In this document: piece by piece, positions 16,994-27,331 of the stretch | Position numbering within the stretch: position 1 is the first letter of the stretch | Layout of the letters: each line of letters starts with the position of its first letter | NCBI GenBank assembly: GCA_934271725.1 | Contig: CAKQSC010000001.1 | Location: forward strand, 1 to 52,221 | Source: an uncultured Clostridia bacterium | GTDB lineage: Bacteria; Bacillota; Clostridia; Christensenellales; Borkfalkiaceae | Reading direction: 5' to 3' | DNA length: 52,221 nucleotides | Notes under the pieces: generated by a model | Databases searched by the model: none | What the model saw: only the letters and a program-made list of their open reading frames with translations | Told to the model about the DNA's origin: nothing | Translations under genes and position numbers: made by a program

Positions 16994-17839
16994 TCACTCG
17001 CCGAAATATATTCTTTTCATTTCGAGAGCGTCTTTCAGTTGCGTTCCCGCCGATTCGCATATTATGACGGGCTCTAACTTCAATTCTTTAAGCGCGACGG
17101 ACAAAGGATAAAAATCGGGGCCGAACACGTTGTCCTCGAAAGTAAGGTGTTTCACTTCCCCTTTCGCCGTGTATTGTACCTTTGAAAAATGTACGTGGAA
17201 ATGCTTCATTCGCTCGTAGCCGAGTTCGGAAATCATATATTCGAGCCTTTGTTTATAATCTTCCGTACTTTTTAAACTGCCTTGTTCCCTTGCGTTTATA
17301 TGTCCGAAATCCACCGCCGGCAAAAATACTTTATCTATTTTGCAAAACTCCGTTATCTCTTCAACGGTGCCTATCTGAGCGAGTTTACCCATCGTTTCGG
17401 GGCAAAAATACATATTGTCGTACCCGTTAAGATATATGAACTCGCACATTTTTTTAAGTCTTTCTTTAACGAGGTTTACCGCGTCTTCTCTCGTGGCTTT
17501 GCCTTGCGATGCCGGGTGAAAAATTATGCGGTTGCCCTTCATAAGTTTCATTTTTTCCGCGCTCTCCAAAAGATAATTATAAGACTTACACGCCATCTCG
17601 TCGTCCGGATTGGCAAAGTTTATAAAATACGGCGCGTGCACGGTGAGTTCTATTCCCTGTTCGCCGAAAGCGTCGCCTAAAATCTCCGCCTTTTCGTCCG
17701 AAATATTAACCCCTCTGCCGAAAGAATATTCATACGCGTCCACGCCTTTTTGTTTAAGCCATTTTACGCAATCTTCCGTTTTTTTAAATCCCGCTTCGTA
17801 AAACTCTTCCGAGTTTCCGCTCGGTCCGAACTTTATCAT
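16994..17839 (-). CDS. TIM-barrel protein of the AP endonuclease 2 / xylose isomerase-like family (Nfo-like)
   Basis: 281 aa. The pattern MIKFGPSG...ELTVHAPYFINFANPD resembles the endonuclease IV HAPYxIN motif. Its ATG overlaps the ribF stop codon. Confidence 0.5.
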   Translation of the reverse strand: MIKFGPSGNSEEFYEAGFKKTEDCVKWLKQKGVDAYEYSFGRGVNISDEKAEILGDAFGEQGIELTVHAPYFINFANPDDEMACKSYNYLLESAEKMKLMKGNRIIFHPASQGKATREDAVNLVKERLKKMCEFIYLNGYDNMYFCPETMGKLAQIGTVEEITEFCKIDKVFLPAVDFGHINAREQGSLKSTEDYKQRLEYMISELGYERMKHFHVHFSKVQYTAKGEVKHLTFEDNVFGPDFYPLSVALKELKLEPVIICESAGTQLKDALEMKRIYFGE

Positions 17840-18681
17840 TTCAAACTCTCCGCGTCTTTTTTCAGTTGTTCTTTCAAACCGTCAAGACTTTCAAACTTTT
17901 TTATGTCTCGCAGTCTGTCCGTAAACTCTACGCTTATTTCTTTGTTGTAAATCTCTTTTTTAAACCCTTTTATATAAACTTCCAGACTCACGTTATCGTC
18001 CCGTACGGTGGGTTTGCTACCGTAATTTATAATACACCCGTAAGTTTTTTTGCCGTAAACGACTTTGCCTTTATATACGCCCTCTTTAACGCTTATAACG
18101 TTATCGTAAGGGCTTACGTTGGCTGTCGGAAAGCCTATCGTTCTGCCTAGCCCTTTGCCGTGAACCACTTTTCCGAAAACCGCGTAAGGCTCCGTCAAAA
18201 GCGCGTTCGCCCCGACTATATCTCCTTTTTTAAGCATTTCTCTTATAATCGTTGCCGAAACTTTTTCGCCCTTTTCGTCCACCTTATCTATCACGGAAAG
18301 GTCTATGCCCTTTTCGTCGCAGAACGCTTTAAGCGTTTCCGCGTTGCCCTCCGCGCCTTTGCCGTAAGTGAAATCGTAACCGCAAACGTAAGCCGTTACG
18401 TTCTCTTTTTCGGTAAGTTTTTCTATAAACTCGCGTGCGGGGGTGTCTTTAATCTCTTGCGTAAACTCTATTACGTAAACGCTTTTTATTCCGAGATCTT
18501 TAAGCCGTCTTATGCGTTCCGTCAAATCGAAAATACAATCTTTTCTTCCGTCGAAAGTTATCGCGCAAGGTATCGCGCCCCTTTCGGTCGCGAACTCAAC
18601 CGCTTTTTCTATTACCTTTTTATGACCTTTATGTACTCCGTCGAAATTGCCGAGAGCCACAACCGTTTTATCCGTCGACAT
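17836..18681 (-). CDS. ribF: Bifunctional riboflavin kinase / FAD synthetase
   Basis: VALGNFDGVHKGHKKV nucleotidyltransferase motif, and a C-terminal riboflavin kinase segment (GFPTANV...; ...IRDIKKFESLDGLKEQL). Confidence 0.9.
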   Translation of the reverse strand: MSTDKTVVALGNFDGVHKGHKKVIEKAVEFATERGAIPCAITFDGRKDCIFDLTERIRRLKDLGIKSVYVIEFTQEIKDTPAREFIEKLTEKENVTAYVCGYDFTYGKGAEGNAETLKAFCDEKGIDLSVIDKVDEKGEKVSATIIREMLKKGDIVGANALLTEPYAVFGKVVHGKGLGRTIGFPTANVSPYDNVISVKEGVYKGKVVYGKKTYGCIINYGSKPTVRDDNVSLEVYIKGFKKEIYNKEISVEFTDRLRDIKKFESLDGLKEQLKKDAESLK

Positions 18682-19516
18682 AAGTTTTTCCCTTTAAGTT
18701 TCCGTCTTTCACTTCGCCTATGCAAAGTATGCCTTGCGGTGAATATACCGCATAAAGCCCTTCGGGTTTTTTGCACCAACGGGGCAACCCGTCTTTCAAT
18801 CTTTTCGCGTTTTCTCCGTCGAGATATATTTTGTCGAACGTCAAAGGCAAATCGGCGGGTAAAATATACTTTTCTTTGTCCGTCGACGAAAGAAACTCTT
18901 CCAGAGTTACGCCGTTGGAATATTCAAACACGCCCGACTTTGTTCTGTCAAGGCTTTCCATAGTCGCAACCGTGCCGAGAGCGTAGGCGATATCTCTTCC
19001 GAGAGAACGCACGTACGTACCCCCACCGCAATCTATTTTTATTTTAAGTCTGTTGTTTTCGTAACTTATAACGTCAAGCCCGAATATGCTTACCGTTTTG
19101 GGTTTAAGTTCAAAATCGATGCCCTTTCTCGCAAGCGCATACCCTTTTGCCCCGCCGACGCATTTAGCCGAGTATTTGGGCGGTATCTGTTCCGTTTCGC
19201 CTATGAAATCGGGCAGAACCCTTTTTACGTCCTCTTCTTTTACTTCCTTTTCGACGGTCGCCGTAACCTTCCCCGTTTTGTCGAGAGTGTCCGTTTCGTA
19301 CCCGAAAACGAACTCCGCGACGTAACTCTTTTCTTTATCGATAAGGTAATTGAAAAGTCGGCACGTTTTGCCGAGCGCGACGGGAAGAACCCCCGTAGCC
19401 ATCGGATCGAGCGTTCCCATATGTCCCGCGTCGCACTTTAAAGCGCGCTTTACTTTCGCCACCACCCCTGCGGAAGATATTCCGACGGGTTTAATAACGT
19501 TTATAAATCCGTTCAC
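18668..19516 (-). CDS. truB: tRNA pseudouridine(55) synthase
   Basis: GTG start with a GGAG RBS. Motifs NGFINVIKPVGISS and GHMGTLDPMATGVL contain the catalytic Asp. Confidence 0.9.
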   Translation of the reverse strand: MNGFINVIKPVGISSAGVVAKVKRALKCDAGHMGTLDPMATGVLPVALGKTCRLFNYLIDKEKSYVAEFVFGYETDTLDKTGKVTATVEKEVKEEDVKRVLPDFIGETEQIPPKYSAKCVGGAKGYALARKGIDFELKPKTVSIFGLDVISYENNRLKIKIDCGGGTYVRSLGRDIAYALGTVATMESLDRTKSGVFEYSNGVTLEEFLSSTDKEKYILPADLPLTFDKIYLDGENAKRLKDGLPRWCKKPEGLYAVYSPQGILCIGEVKDGNLKGKTYVDG

Positions 19517-19517
19517 C

Positions 19518-20474
19518 TTAAAACTCCGTGTATTGTTTTACCGTATAGACGAGTTTGTCGATAACGTCTTCGAGATAACCGTTTATCATACAACCGCTTG
19601 CGAGAACGTGTCCGCCACCGCCGTAAACGTTAGCCATTGCGTTTACGTCCGCTCCTTTGCTTCTGAAACTCACTTTATACGTTTTGTCTTTCATTTCCAA
19701 AAGGCATATTCCTACCCGAACGGAGTCTATCGACATAACGAAATCTATAAACCCTTCCGTATCTTCGGGAAGCGCGCCCGTTTTTTCGAGATTTTCTTTC
19801 GTTACGACGATTACGCCGAGCCCGTCGTTATGAAAATATCTTATTTTGTCCATCGTAAGCGCAAAAAGTTTTGCCCTTTGCTTGCTTTGCAATTTAAACG
19901 TGTTGTAAATAATTTCGTTCAGGTCGACGCCGAAAGTCATTAACTCGCCCGCCGTTTTCAACGTTTCGGGACGTACGTTTTTATGCGAAAACGCACCCGT
20001 GTCCGTAACTATGCCCGTAAGCAGAAAAGACGCGATTTCCTTGTCCGCTTTCACCCCGAGAAGTTTTATGAGTTCGTAAACGTTTTCCGAATCGGACGCG
20101 GTTTCGCGTACGAAAGTATATTTCGCAAAACCCGTGTTTGAAACGTGGTGATCCACGCAGAAAGTTTCTTTCGCTTTCTCGAACTCGCGGGAAAACTTGC
20201 CAAGCCTTGCAAGGTCGCTTACGTCTACGGCAAAATAACAATCGTAATCGCCGTCCGACTCCGTTTTGAGTTCGCCGTATTTTTCGTTTAAAAGCAAAAA
20301 CTTTTCGGGCGTTTTCCCGTCGCACAACACTTCCGCAACCTTACCCGCCTTGTTCAACGCGAGTTTAAGCGCGAACGCGCTACCGAGAGCGTCCCCGTCA
20401 GGGCGAATATGCGCGAAAATCGCAATCTTTTTTTTATTATTCAGTTTGTCCGCAATTTCCTTTAAGGTTATCAT
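19518..20474 (-). CDS. nrnA: DHH/DHHA1 phosphoesterase (NrnA-type oligoribonuclease / pAp phosphatase)
   Basis: DHH motifs (HIRPDGDALGS, DHH) and the DHHA1 GGGGH motif. Confidence 0.8.
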   Translation of the reverse strand: MITLKEIADKLNNKKKIAIFAHIRPDGDALGSAFALKLALNKAGKVAEVLCDGKTPEKFLLLNEKYGELKTESDGDYDCYFAVDVSDLARLGKFSREFEKAKETFCVDHHVSNTGFAKYTFVRETASDSENVYELIKLLGVKADKEIASFLLTGIVTDTGAFSHKNVRPETLKTAGELMTFGVDLNEIIYNTFKLQSKQRAKLFALTMDKIRYFHNDGLGVIVVTKENLEKTGALPEDTEGFIDFVMSIDSVRVGICLLEMKDKTYKVSFRSKGADVNAMANVYGGGGHVLASGCMINGYLEDVIDKLVYTVKQYTEF

Positions 20475-20843
20475 TCAGTCTTCCGTTTCTTCGGGCGTTA
20501 TGTTAAGCCCGCCGAGTAATTTGTCTATTCTCGCGCTGTATTCCATGCTTTCGTCCCTGACTATATGCAGTTCGGGAACCGTCCTTACGGTAAGCATGTG
20601 CGCGAGTTCGTATCTTATCTGTTTCGCGCTGTCTTTTACGGCAAGGAAAGTTTTGTTTTCCTTTTCCTTGTCCGACGAATACACGCTTATCCAAACTTTC
20701 GCGTTTTTAAGGTCGGGCGCGCAATCTACTTTCGTAACGCTGACCATAGCCGTTATGTCCGGATTTTTAAGTTTTTTGCTTATTATTTCGTAAACGGCTT
20801 TCATTATCTCGCCGTTAAGTCTGTCCGTACGATTGACTTTCAT
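20475..20843 (-). CDS. rbfA: Ribosome-binding factor A
   Basis: 122 aa with KH-like RbfA pattern and a C-terminal segment (LAHMLTVRTVPELHIVRDES). Its start overlaps the infB stop codon (TAATG). Confidence 0.88.
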   Translation of the reverse strand: MKVNRTDRLNGEIMKAVYEIISKKLKNPDITAMVSVTKVDCAPDLKNAKVWISVYSSDKEKENKTFLAVKDSAKQIRYELAHMLTVRTVPELHIVRDESMEYSARIDKLLGGLNITPEETED

Positions 20844-23512
20844 TATTGCTCCTGTTGTTCGACCTGATAACTTTCGATGAAATCGCCCACCTTTATGTCG
20901 TTGAACTTTTCAATCGAAATACCGCATTCGAACCCGACGCCCACTTCTTTGACGTCGTCTTTGAATCTCTTTAACTGACGAACGTTACCTTCGCATATCA
21001 TAACGTTGTCGCGGTAAATACGCAGTTTGCTCGCCCTTAATATCTTACCTTCCGTTACGTAGCAACCCGCAACCATACCGACGCCCGTTATATTGAACAC
21101 GTCTCTTACTTCCGCTTTGCCGAGATAAATCTCTTTGAACTTCGGAGCAAGCATACCTTTAAGAGCCTTTTCGACGTCTTCTATCGCTTCGTAAATAACT
21201 CTGTAAAGTTTAATGTCGACTTTACTCTTTTCCGCCATCGCTTTCGCTTTCGCGTCGGGACGGACGTTAAAGCCTATGATAATCGCGTTGGAAGAATCCG
21301 CAAGCATAACGTCCGACTCGTTGATTGCGCCCGCGCCCGCGTGAATGACGTTTACCCTTACTTCGTCGTTGGAAAGTTTAAGCAAGGACTGTTTGACCGC
21401 TTCTACCGAACCCTGAACGTCCGCTTTTACGAGTATGTTGAGAACTTTCAACTGACCTTCCGCGATTTTATTGAATACGTCGTCGAGCGTAACTTTCTGC
21501 ATCGCTTTAAGACGTTCTTCCTTTTCTTTGTTTTTACGTTCTTCGGCAACCATTTTGGTAAGTTTGCCTTCTTCTACCGCGTAAAGTATATCTCCCGCGT
21601 TGGGTACCTCGTCAAGTCCCATAATAGATACGGGAGTAGCGGGACCTGCGGAGTTGAGTTTTCTTCCCTTGTCGTCTACCATCGCCCTTACTTTACCGAC
21701 TACCGTGCCGACTACTATGCTGTTGGTAACTTTAAGAGTACCGTTCTGAACGAGTACCGTAGCGACGGGACCTCTCGACTGATCGAGTTTCGCTTCTATT
21801 ACCACGCCTTTCGCCTTTCTGTTCGGGTTGGCTTTAAGATCCATAACTTCCGCCATTGTAAGAATGTTTTCGAGAAGATTTTCTATACCCTCGCCCGTCT
21901 TTGCGGATACCGGACAGAACATAACGTTTCCGCCCCATTCTTCGGGAACGAGCCCGTGTTCGGTAAGTTGAGTTTTAACCCTGTCTATATTCGCTTCCGG
22001 CTTATCTATCTTGTTTACCGCGACTATTATTTCGACTCCCGCCGCTTTCGCGTGGTTAATCGCTTCTACCGTCTGAGGCATTATGCCGTCGTCCGCCGCG
22101 ACTACTATAATCGCTATATCCGTCGCCTGCGCACCGCGCATTCTCATAGCCGTAAACGCTTCGTGTCCCGGGGTATCGAGGAAAGTTATCACTTTACCGC
22201 CGAGCGTAACCTGATACGCGCCGATGTGTTGCGTGATTCCGCCCGCTTCGCCCGAAGCGACGCTCGTTTTTCTTATTTTGTCGAGAAGGGAGGTTTTACC
22301 GTGGTCTACGTGTCCCATAACCGTAACGACGGGAGGACGGGTAACCAAATCTTTTTCGTCGTCCGCTTTTCCGTCGAACGCTTCCGCCAAAGAATCTTCT
22401 GCGGTTTTGTCCATTTTAAGTTCAAGTTCTATGCCCAAATCGCTTGCGATATACGCCGCCGTATCGTAATCGACGCTGTCGTTTATCGTCTTTAAAATAC
22501 CCTCTTTAAACAACTTTTTGGTAATTTCGATAGCGGAAATACCTAACTTTTCGCTGAGCGTTTTAAGAGGTATTATATCCGTATTGATAACCGCTTTCTC
22601 TATCTTTATAGTCTGCTTGTTTTCTTCTTTCTTGTCCTTTTTGACTCTTAATTTTCTGTAACCCGTCTTGTTTTCGTCGAAATCGGCAACGGAAACCTGA
22701 CCTTTCAAAAGAGCCCTCTTGTTCATCTGCTTTTTATCGTCATAACCTCTGTCGGAGCCTTTTTTCTTGCCCGCGTCTCCTTTTCTTACAGAAGAAGGAG
22801 CAACGTATTCGGGAAGAGGCGCGCTTCCGCCGGAGGGTTTCTTGCCGAATCCCGCTCCGCCCGTCGGTTTACCGAATCCGCCGTTGGGCTTGCCGAATCC
22901 CGCGCCCGCTCTCGGCGGACGGTTGTCGTTTTTGGCTACGTATTCTCTCGGTTTGCCGTTAGCCCTTTCCGACGCGCGTTTTTCGCTTTCCGTTCTGTTA
23001 TCTCTTATAACGTATTCCTTTTTCGGAATGGGGTTGTCGAAAATATTACGCTTTACGACTACGCCGACGGTGTTTTTCTTTTCCTCTTTTTTGGGTTCTT
23101 CCGCAGGCGTCTTAACCGTTTTTATTTCCTCTTCCTTTTTTTCGGGTTCGGTTTTTTCGGCTTTGGGTTGAACCGTTTCCGTATTTTCGGCAGAGGGCTT
23201 TTCCGCCTCCGACGCGCCGGCGGTTTCTACGCTCTCTTCTTTTACGGGCGTTTCCGACTTTTCTTCTTTGCTTACGGGGGCTTGTTCTTCGTTTTTCTCG
23301 ATTACGGGCTTTTCCTCACGGGCGGGTTGTTCTTCTTTAACCTCCGCCTTTGCGAGTTCTTTCGCTTTTTCGTCAAGCGAACCCATAACCTTTTTCATCG
23401 AACCTATCGTGTTTTTCAAATCTTTTAAAAGACCGCCCACGCCGTCTTCGCTTCCGAAAAGTTCGGTTACTCTTTTTATATTTTCGTTTTTAATTTCTTT
23501 CTTTTCCGTCAT
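20843..23512 (-). CDS. infB: Translation initiation factor IF-2
   Basis: 889 aa. Low-complexity K/E/G-rich N-terminus, then the G domain ([24 protein letters not shown]) and C-terminal domains. Confidence 0.97.
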   Translation of the reverse strand: MTEKKEIKNENIKRVTELFGSEDGVGGLLKDLKNTIGSMKKVMGSLDEKAKELAKAEVKEEQPAREEKPVIEKNEEQAPVSKEEKSETPVKEESVETAGASEAEKPSAENTETVQPKAEKTEPEKKEEEIKTVKTPAEEPKKEEKKNTVGVVVKRNIFDNPIPKKEYVIRDNRTESEKRASERANGKPREYVAKNDNRPPRAGAGFGKPNGGFGKPTGGAGFGKKPSGGSAPLPEYVAPSSVRKGDAGKKKGSDRGYDDKKQMNKRALLKGQVSVADFDENKTGYRKLRVKKDKKEENKQTIKIEKAVINTDIIPLKTLSEKLGISAIEITKKLFKEGILKTINDSVDYDTAAYIASDLGIELELKMDKTAEDSLAEAFDGKADDEKDLVTRPPVVTVMGHVDHGKTSLLDKIRKTSVASGEAGGITQHIGAYQVTLGGKVITFLDTPGHEAFTAMRMRGAQATDIAIIVVAADDGIMPQTVEAINHAKAAGVEIIVAVNKIDKPEANIDRVKTQLTEHGLVPEEWGGNVMFCPVSAKTGEGIENLLENILTMAEVMDLKANPNRKAKGVVIEAKLDQSRGPVATVLVQNGTLKVTNSIVVGTVVGKVRAMVDDKGRKLNSAGPATPVSIMGLDEVPNAGDILYAVEEGKLTKMVAEERKNKEKEERLKAMQKVTLDDVFNKIAEGQLKVLNILVKADVQGSVEAVKQSLLKLSNDEVRVNVIHAGAGAINESDVMLADSSNAIIIGFNVRPDAKAKAMAEKSKVDIKLYRVIYEAIEDVEKALKGMLAPKFKEIYLGKAEVRDVFNITGVGMVAGCYVTEGKILRASKLRIYRDNVMICEGNVRQLKRFKDDVKEVGVGFECGISIEKFNDIKVGDFIESYQVEQQEQ

Positions 23513-23837
23513 TCTTCATGCCTCCGTTTTTGTTTGTGAACGCTCCGCCGAGATTGTTTAAAATGCCTTTGGCGAGATTCTCGTCCGTTATCGCTATTAA
23601 CTTGCAGTTTTTTACGTGAGTATAATTTTCAAGCGGTTCCGCCGTTTCGACAAGCGGACATTTGAGCCGTTCGGCAAGTATTTCCGCTTCGTGCAGACTG
23701 TTGTTGCCCGCTCCGCCGTCTACCATAAGAAGGTTCGCCTTTTTTAAAAGTTTTATCGAATATATTCCCCTTACGAACTTTCTCGATTTCACGGCGAATC
23801 CTATATACGAGATTACTTTACCGTCCCTTACGTCCAT
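23490..23837 (-). CDS. ylxQ: L7Ae-family RNA-binding protein YlxQ
   Basis: Small protein located between ylxR and infB. It shows the L7Ae-like pattern (KSRKFVRG...[12 protein letters not shown]). Confidence 0.7.
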   Translation of the reverse strand: MDVRDGKVISYIGFAVKSRKFVRGIYSIKLLKKANLLMVDGGAGNNSLHEAEILAERLKCPLVETAEPLENYTHVKNCKLIAITDENLAKGILNNLGGAFTNKNGGMKNDGKERN

Positions 23838-24090
23838 TTATTGCCTCCGCGACGCGATTATACTCTTCTTCGCTTATCTTCTTTTTAAAAGCCCGTTCCA
23901 GCCCTTTTTTCTTAACGAGCAAATCGTAACACGCGCCGTCTTTGCAGACGTAAACCCCTCTTCCGTCAAGAGTGCCTTTTTCGTCCGCGACGACACTGCC
24001 CGTTTCGTCTTTGACAAGCCGTAGCATATTTTTCTTTTCTTGTTTTTTTCTGCACGCAACGCAAGTGCGAAGCGGTTCGTATTTATTCAC
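23818..24090 (-). CDS. ylxR: YlxR/RnpM family (DUF448) RNA-binding protein
   Basis: GTG start with an AGGAG RBS. Motifs PLRTCVACRKK and GRGVYVC. Located immediately downstream of nusA. Confidence 0.85.
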   Translation of the reverse strand: MNKYEPLRTCVACRKKQEKKNMLRLVKDETGSVVADEKGTLDGRGVYVCKDGACYDLLVKKKGLERAFKKKISEEEYNRVAEAINGRKGR

Positions 24091-24116
24091 TAAACAAAAC
24101 TCCTAACGTTAAAGGA

Positions 24117-25193
24117 TTATTCGGGCATTTCCCCGAGTTCGGCAAGTCTTGCGTTTTCGCTCGACTCCGACTTGACGTCTATTTTCCAACCGGTAAGTCT
24201 TACCGCAAGTCTTGCGTTCTGACCGTCTCTTCCGATAGCAAGCGACAACTTATCGTCGGGAACTATCGCCCTTGCCGACTTTTCTCCGTCGAGCGCGGTA
24301 ACTTTAAGCACCTTTGCCGGCGACAACGCCTTTGCGATGAATTCGAGAGGATCTTCGCTCCACGTGATTATATCTATCTTTTCTCCGCCGAGTTCCGCCA
24401 CAACGGAATTGACTCTCATACCTTTCGTACCGACGCACGCGCCCACGGGATCTACCTGCGGATCGTTGCTCGCTATCGCAATTTTCGTCCTTTGTCCCGC
24501 TTCTCTCGCAATGGCTTTTATTTCCACCACGCCTTGTTTTATTTCGGGAACTTCTTCTTCAAACAGTCTTTTCACGAGTCCGCCCGAAGACCTCGAAACG
24601 AGTATCTGCGCGTTTTTACCCGCGCTTCTTACCTTTTTGACGAATACTTTTATCTTTTGGTTGAGTTCGTATTTCTCGCCGGGAACTTTGTCCTGTCCCG
24701 CAAGAAGCCCGTCTATCTGATTTTCGCCGAGTTCGACGTAAACGGAATCTCCCTCTATTCTTCTTATGATACCCGTCATAAGTTCGCCTTCTTTATCTTC
24801 GTAAAGGCTCATAGTGTTTTTGCTTTCGACTTCGCGCAGTTTTTGCAAAATTACCTGCTTTGCCGTTTGCGCCGCTATTCTTCCGAAATCTTTCGGAACG
24901 ATTTCTTCAACGACTTCGTCGCCGACGTTGTAACTCTTTTTGATTTCTCTCGCTTCTTCGAGAGAAATGGTCTTGTCGTCGTCGCCGACTTCTTCCGCTA
25001 CTTTTCTGACGCTGTATATTTTTATGCTGTTCTTTTCGGGATTGATTTTAACCCTTATCTCGCTGTTTATATGCGCGTCTTTTTTATACGCAAACACGAG
25101 AGCGTTTTCAAGCGCGTCCAGAAATACTTGTTGGGGTATGCCTTTTTCTCTTTCCAAATCTTCGAGAGCGGAAAAGAAATCCTTGTTTACCAT
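24117..25193 (-). CDS. nusA: Transcription termination/antitermination factor NusA
   Basis: N-terminal domain, S1 domain and two KH domains (RTKIAI...DPVGACVG.KG.RV). Syntenic with rimP. Confidence 0.95.
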   Translation of the reverse strand: MVNKDFFSALEDLEREKGIPQQVFLDALENALVFAYKKDAHINSEIRVKINPEKNSIKIYSVRKVAEEVGDDDKTISLEEAREIKKSYNVGDEVVEEIVPKDFGRIAAQTAKQVILQKLREVESKNTMSLYEDKEGELMTGIIRRIEGDSVYVELGENQIDGLLAGQDKVPGEKYELNQKIKVFVKKVRSAGKNAQILVSRSSGGLVKRLFEEEVPEIKQGVVEIKAIAREAGQRTKIAIASNDPQVDPVGACVGTKGMRVNSVVAELGGEKIDIITWSEDPLEFIAKALSPAKVLKVTALDGEKSARAIVPDDKLSLAIGRDGQNARLAVRLTGWKIDVKSESSENARLAELGEMPE

Positions 25194-25216
25194 GATATAT
25201 TCTCCTTATTCGTTTA

Positions 25217-25678
25217 TCAAAAATCTATATATTTGTTTACTTTTTCGACTTGTTTTTTAATGTCGAAGGTAAGCATTTTGTCGCCCGATATTTTAAGTCT
25301 TATTATCTCGCCGTCGTAATACGCGAGTTCGCCGTCGTATTCTTTTTTGCCTCCGACGCTCTTTTTAAGCCAGACCTCTACCTTTTTGCCGAGGTTCTCT
25401 GCGAAATCTTCTCTTTTAAAAGGTCTGTCAAGCCCTAACGAAGACACGTTAAGCGTATACGGTTCGCCGTAAGTCGGATCGAGTTCGTCGAGAACGGGAT
25501 CTATCGCGTTATGCACGTTTTCGCAATCGTCAAGCGTTATACCGTCGTCCTTGTCGATAAACACCGTAAGACTCGGGTTTTTGCCTTGTTTAAACTCGAT
25601 TTCCGCAAGCCTTACGCCCTGTTCTTCCACAACGGCGCGAAGCGCGTTTTCTATTTCTTCGTTACTTTTTACTTTCAT
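25217..25678 (-). CDS. rimP: Ribosome maturation factor RimP
   Basis: 153 aa. RimP pattern (LEVSSPGLDRP-like: LNVSSLGLDRPF) directly upstream of nusA. Confidence 0.88.
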   Translation of the reverse strand: MKVKSNEEIENALRAVVEEQGVRLAEIEFKQGKNPSLTVFIDKDDGITLDDCENVHNAIDPVLDELDPTYGEPYTLNVSSLGLDRPFKREDFAENLGKKVEVWLKKSVGGKKEYDGELAYYDGEIIRLKISGDKMLTFDIKKQVEKVNKYIDF

Positions 25679-25692
25679 TTTCGACTCCTTAC

Positions 25693-25725
25693 AAAAGAAA
25701 TATGAGAACGGGCACCGTTCTCATA
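25693..25725 (-). terminator. Rho-independent terminator between the PolC-like gene and rimP
   Basis: 11-bp stem TATGAGAACGG (25701-25711) / CCGTTCTCATA (25715-25725), followed by TTTCTTTTGT on the minus strand. Confidence 0.7.
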
Positions 25726-25786
25726 CTAGTCTTTTATCCTACGTTATCGTTATTATAACATAATAAAGAGGTTTTTGCAAGAGTTT

Positions 25787-27331
25787 TTAACTCATTTCGG
25801 GCAAACATTTTTTCTTCTTTATAAGTTTAATGAAAATCTGCGCCGTGGCGTAAGCGTCCGCAAGGGCTCTGTGGTGATGAAACTCTATGCCGAACTTGTC
25901 CGCAACCGAATTGAGTTTATAGTTCCCGAGCCCCTTTACGACTTCCTGCGCCAACGGGTAGGTATCTATGATCTTGTTGTCGAAATAGTACCCCTCCGGC
26001 GAAGATTGAGATTCGAGCATTTTCATATCGAACCCGAGTATGTTATGTCCTACGAGTATGGCGTTTTCGGCAAACTTATAAAAATCGCCTATAACTTTAT
26101 CGAACGTAGGTTGTCCGTCGACCATTTCCTGCGTTATGCCCGTAAGTTCGATATTCTTTGCCGACAGTTTCATTTTCGGATCGATAAGCACCTGAAACAG
26201 TTCCGTTATCTCCCCTTTATGAATCCTTACCGCGCCGATTTCCGTAATCTTATCCGAACCGACTTCGAGTCCGCTCGTTTCGAGGTCGACGACGACGAAT
26301 TCGTTGCTCACCAGACAGTCGGGCAACGGTTCTTTTTCGGTAAGCATATCTATTTCTTCCACAGTTTCGTCTTTGAACGGGAACGCCACCGTATAAGTTT
26401 CGGGCGCTCTCTTTTTCGCTTTTCTTTGCGGAACGAAATCTTCGGGGAATACGCAACGGTTTATTTTGTCGAGTTTAAGACTTAACTTGTCGTTGTAATA
26501 ATCCTGCGTGCAACTCGCTATTATCGCGTCGCCCACAACAAGCCCCTTTACCCGTTCGAGCGTGTTCGGCTTTGAAAAGTACATCCCCGTGGCGTAACCC
26601 GTTTTATCCGTAAAATCTATTATAAAGAACGGCTTGCCCGTTTTGGTTTGTCTTTCGATAATTCGCGTTATCTTTCCGCACAGCGTAAAGGAACCGGCAA
26701 GACTTGCGTCTTCTATATACGTCGCTATATCCGTCGGGTTTTTCGTTTCGTCCATCGGAACGACGTTTTGAACCCTTATGCACCGTCTTTCGATTTTTTC
26801 CGTTTGCGTAACGGGTTTTGTTTCGAGAACGGAAACGTCTATTTCCCCCTCTTTAAGTTCGCACGAGCCGACGAAATTGTCGCAGAATTGCGTTTGAAGA
26901 TACGCCGTTACTTTATCGAGTATGCCGTTGCTTTCTATGTACTTTAAATTGTCCTTTAATACCTTTAAAGAGTATCCTACCATTCCGTCGTGAAAAGTCG
27001 CCGTTACGTCTCCTTTCTCCATAAGATAACCTATGGACGTGTATTCGCGTTTCAAAAAATCCGTAATCGCCTTTTCGACGCTTTCCTTGTCGGCTACCAC
27101 CTTTATAATATCCACACCGACGGATACAAAACACTCGGGGGTTATTTTATCGCACTTTTCGCGTATTTTTTCCACAACGTCGTCGGGAACGGGCTTGTCG
27201 CATATGAACCTGAACGTAACGGATTTTTCCGTACGTTTTATCACCACGTTTTGCAGTCTTGCCCTCGCGACGCGCGGATCCGTCGCCCGTACGTTCTGCG
27301 CAAACGCTTTCATTTCTTCCATTTTAAGCAT
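25787..27331 (-). CDS. PolC-like N-terminal/OB-fold + DEDDh 3'-5' exonuclease protein with no PHP or polymerase domains
   Basis: The exonuclease motifs are intact: VVVDLETSGL, LVGHNILGFDMKML, HHRALADAYAT. The preceding OB-like segment GKITRIIERQTKTGKPFFIIDFTDKTGYATGMYF parallels the PolC OB fold. The gene sits at the ispG-[polC]-rimP syntenic position. Start could be 27331, 27322 or 27313 (three in-frame ATGs overlapping the ispG 3' end). Confidence 0.75.
   Translation of the reverse strand: MLKMEEMKAFAQNVRATDPRVARARLQNVVIKRTEKSVTFRFICDKPVPDDVVEKIREKCDKITPECFVSVGVDIIKVVADKESVEKAITDFLKREYTSIGYLMEKGDVTATFHDGMVGYSLKVLKDNLKYIESNGILDKVTAYLQTQFCDNFVGSCELKEGEIDVSVLETKPVTQTEKIERRCIRVQNVVPMDETKNPTDIATYIEDASLAGSFTLCGKITRIIERQTKTGKPFFIIDFTDKTGYATGMYFSKPNTLERVKGLVVGDAIIASCTQDYYNDKLSLKLDKINRCVFPEDFVPQRKAKKRAPETYTVAFPFKDETVEEIDMLTEKEPLPDCLVSNEFVVVDLETSGLEVGSDKITEIGAVRIHKGEITELFQVLIDPKMKLSAKNIELTGITQEMVDGQPTFDKVIGDFYKFAENAILVGHNILGFDMKMLESQSSPEGYYFDNKIIDTYPLAQEVVKGLGNYKLNSVADKFGIEFHHHRALADAYATAQIFIKLIKKKKCLPEMS

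Noticed and set aside
21341-22495. 384-aa plus-strand ORF, the longest of many plus-strand ORFs in the track (others include 5571-6248, 18160-18963, 24492-25319, 25775-26485, 26990-27793 and 34358-35068)
   Set aside because: All lie entirely antisense to strongly supported minus-strand genes (infB, the EF-G-like gene, ribF/truB, nusA, the PolC-like gene, pnp). Their R/F/Y/V-rich, low-complexity composition is typical of shadow frames. They have no RBS and resemble no protein family.
22767-23300. Gly/Pro/Lys/Glu-rich repetitive-looking stretch in infB ([25 protein letters not shown], and an EKK/EEK-rich segment)
   Set aside because: This is the normal low-complexity N-terminal region of IF-2. 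It is not a nucleotide-level tandem repeat and not a separate element.
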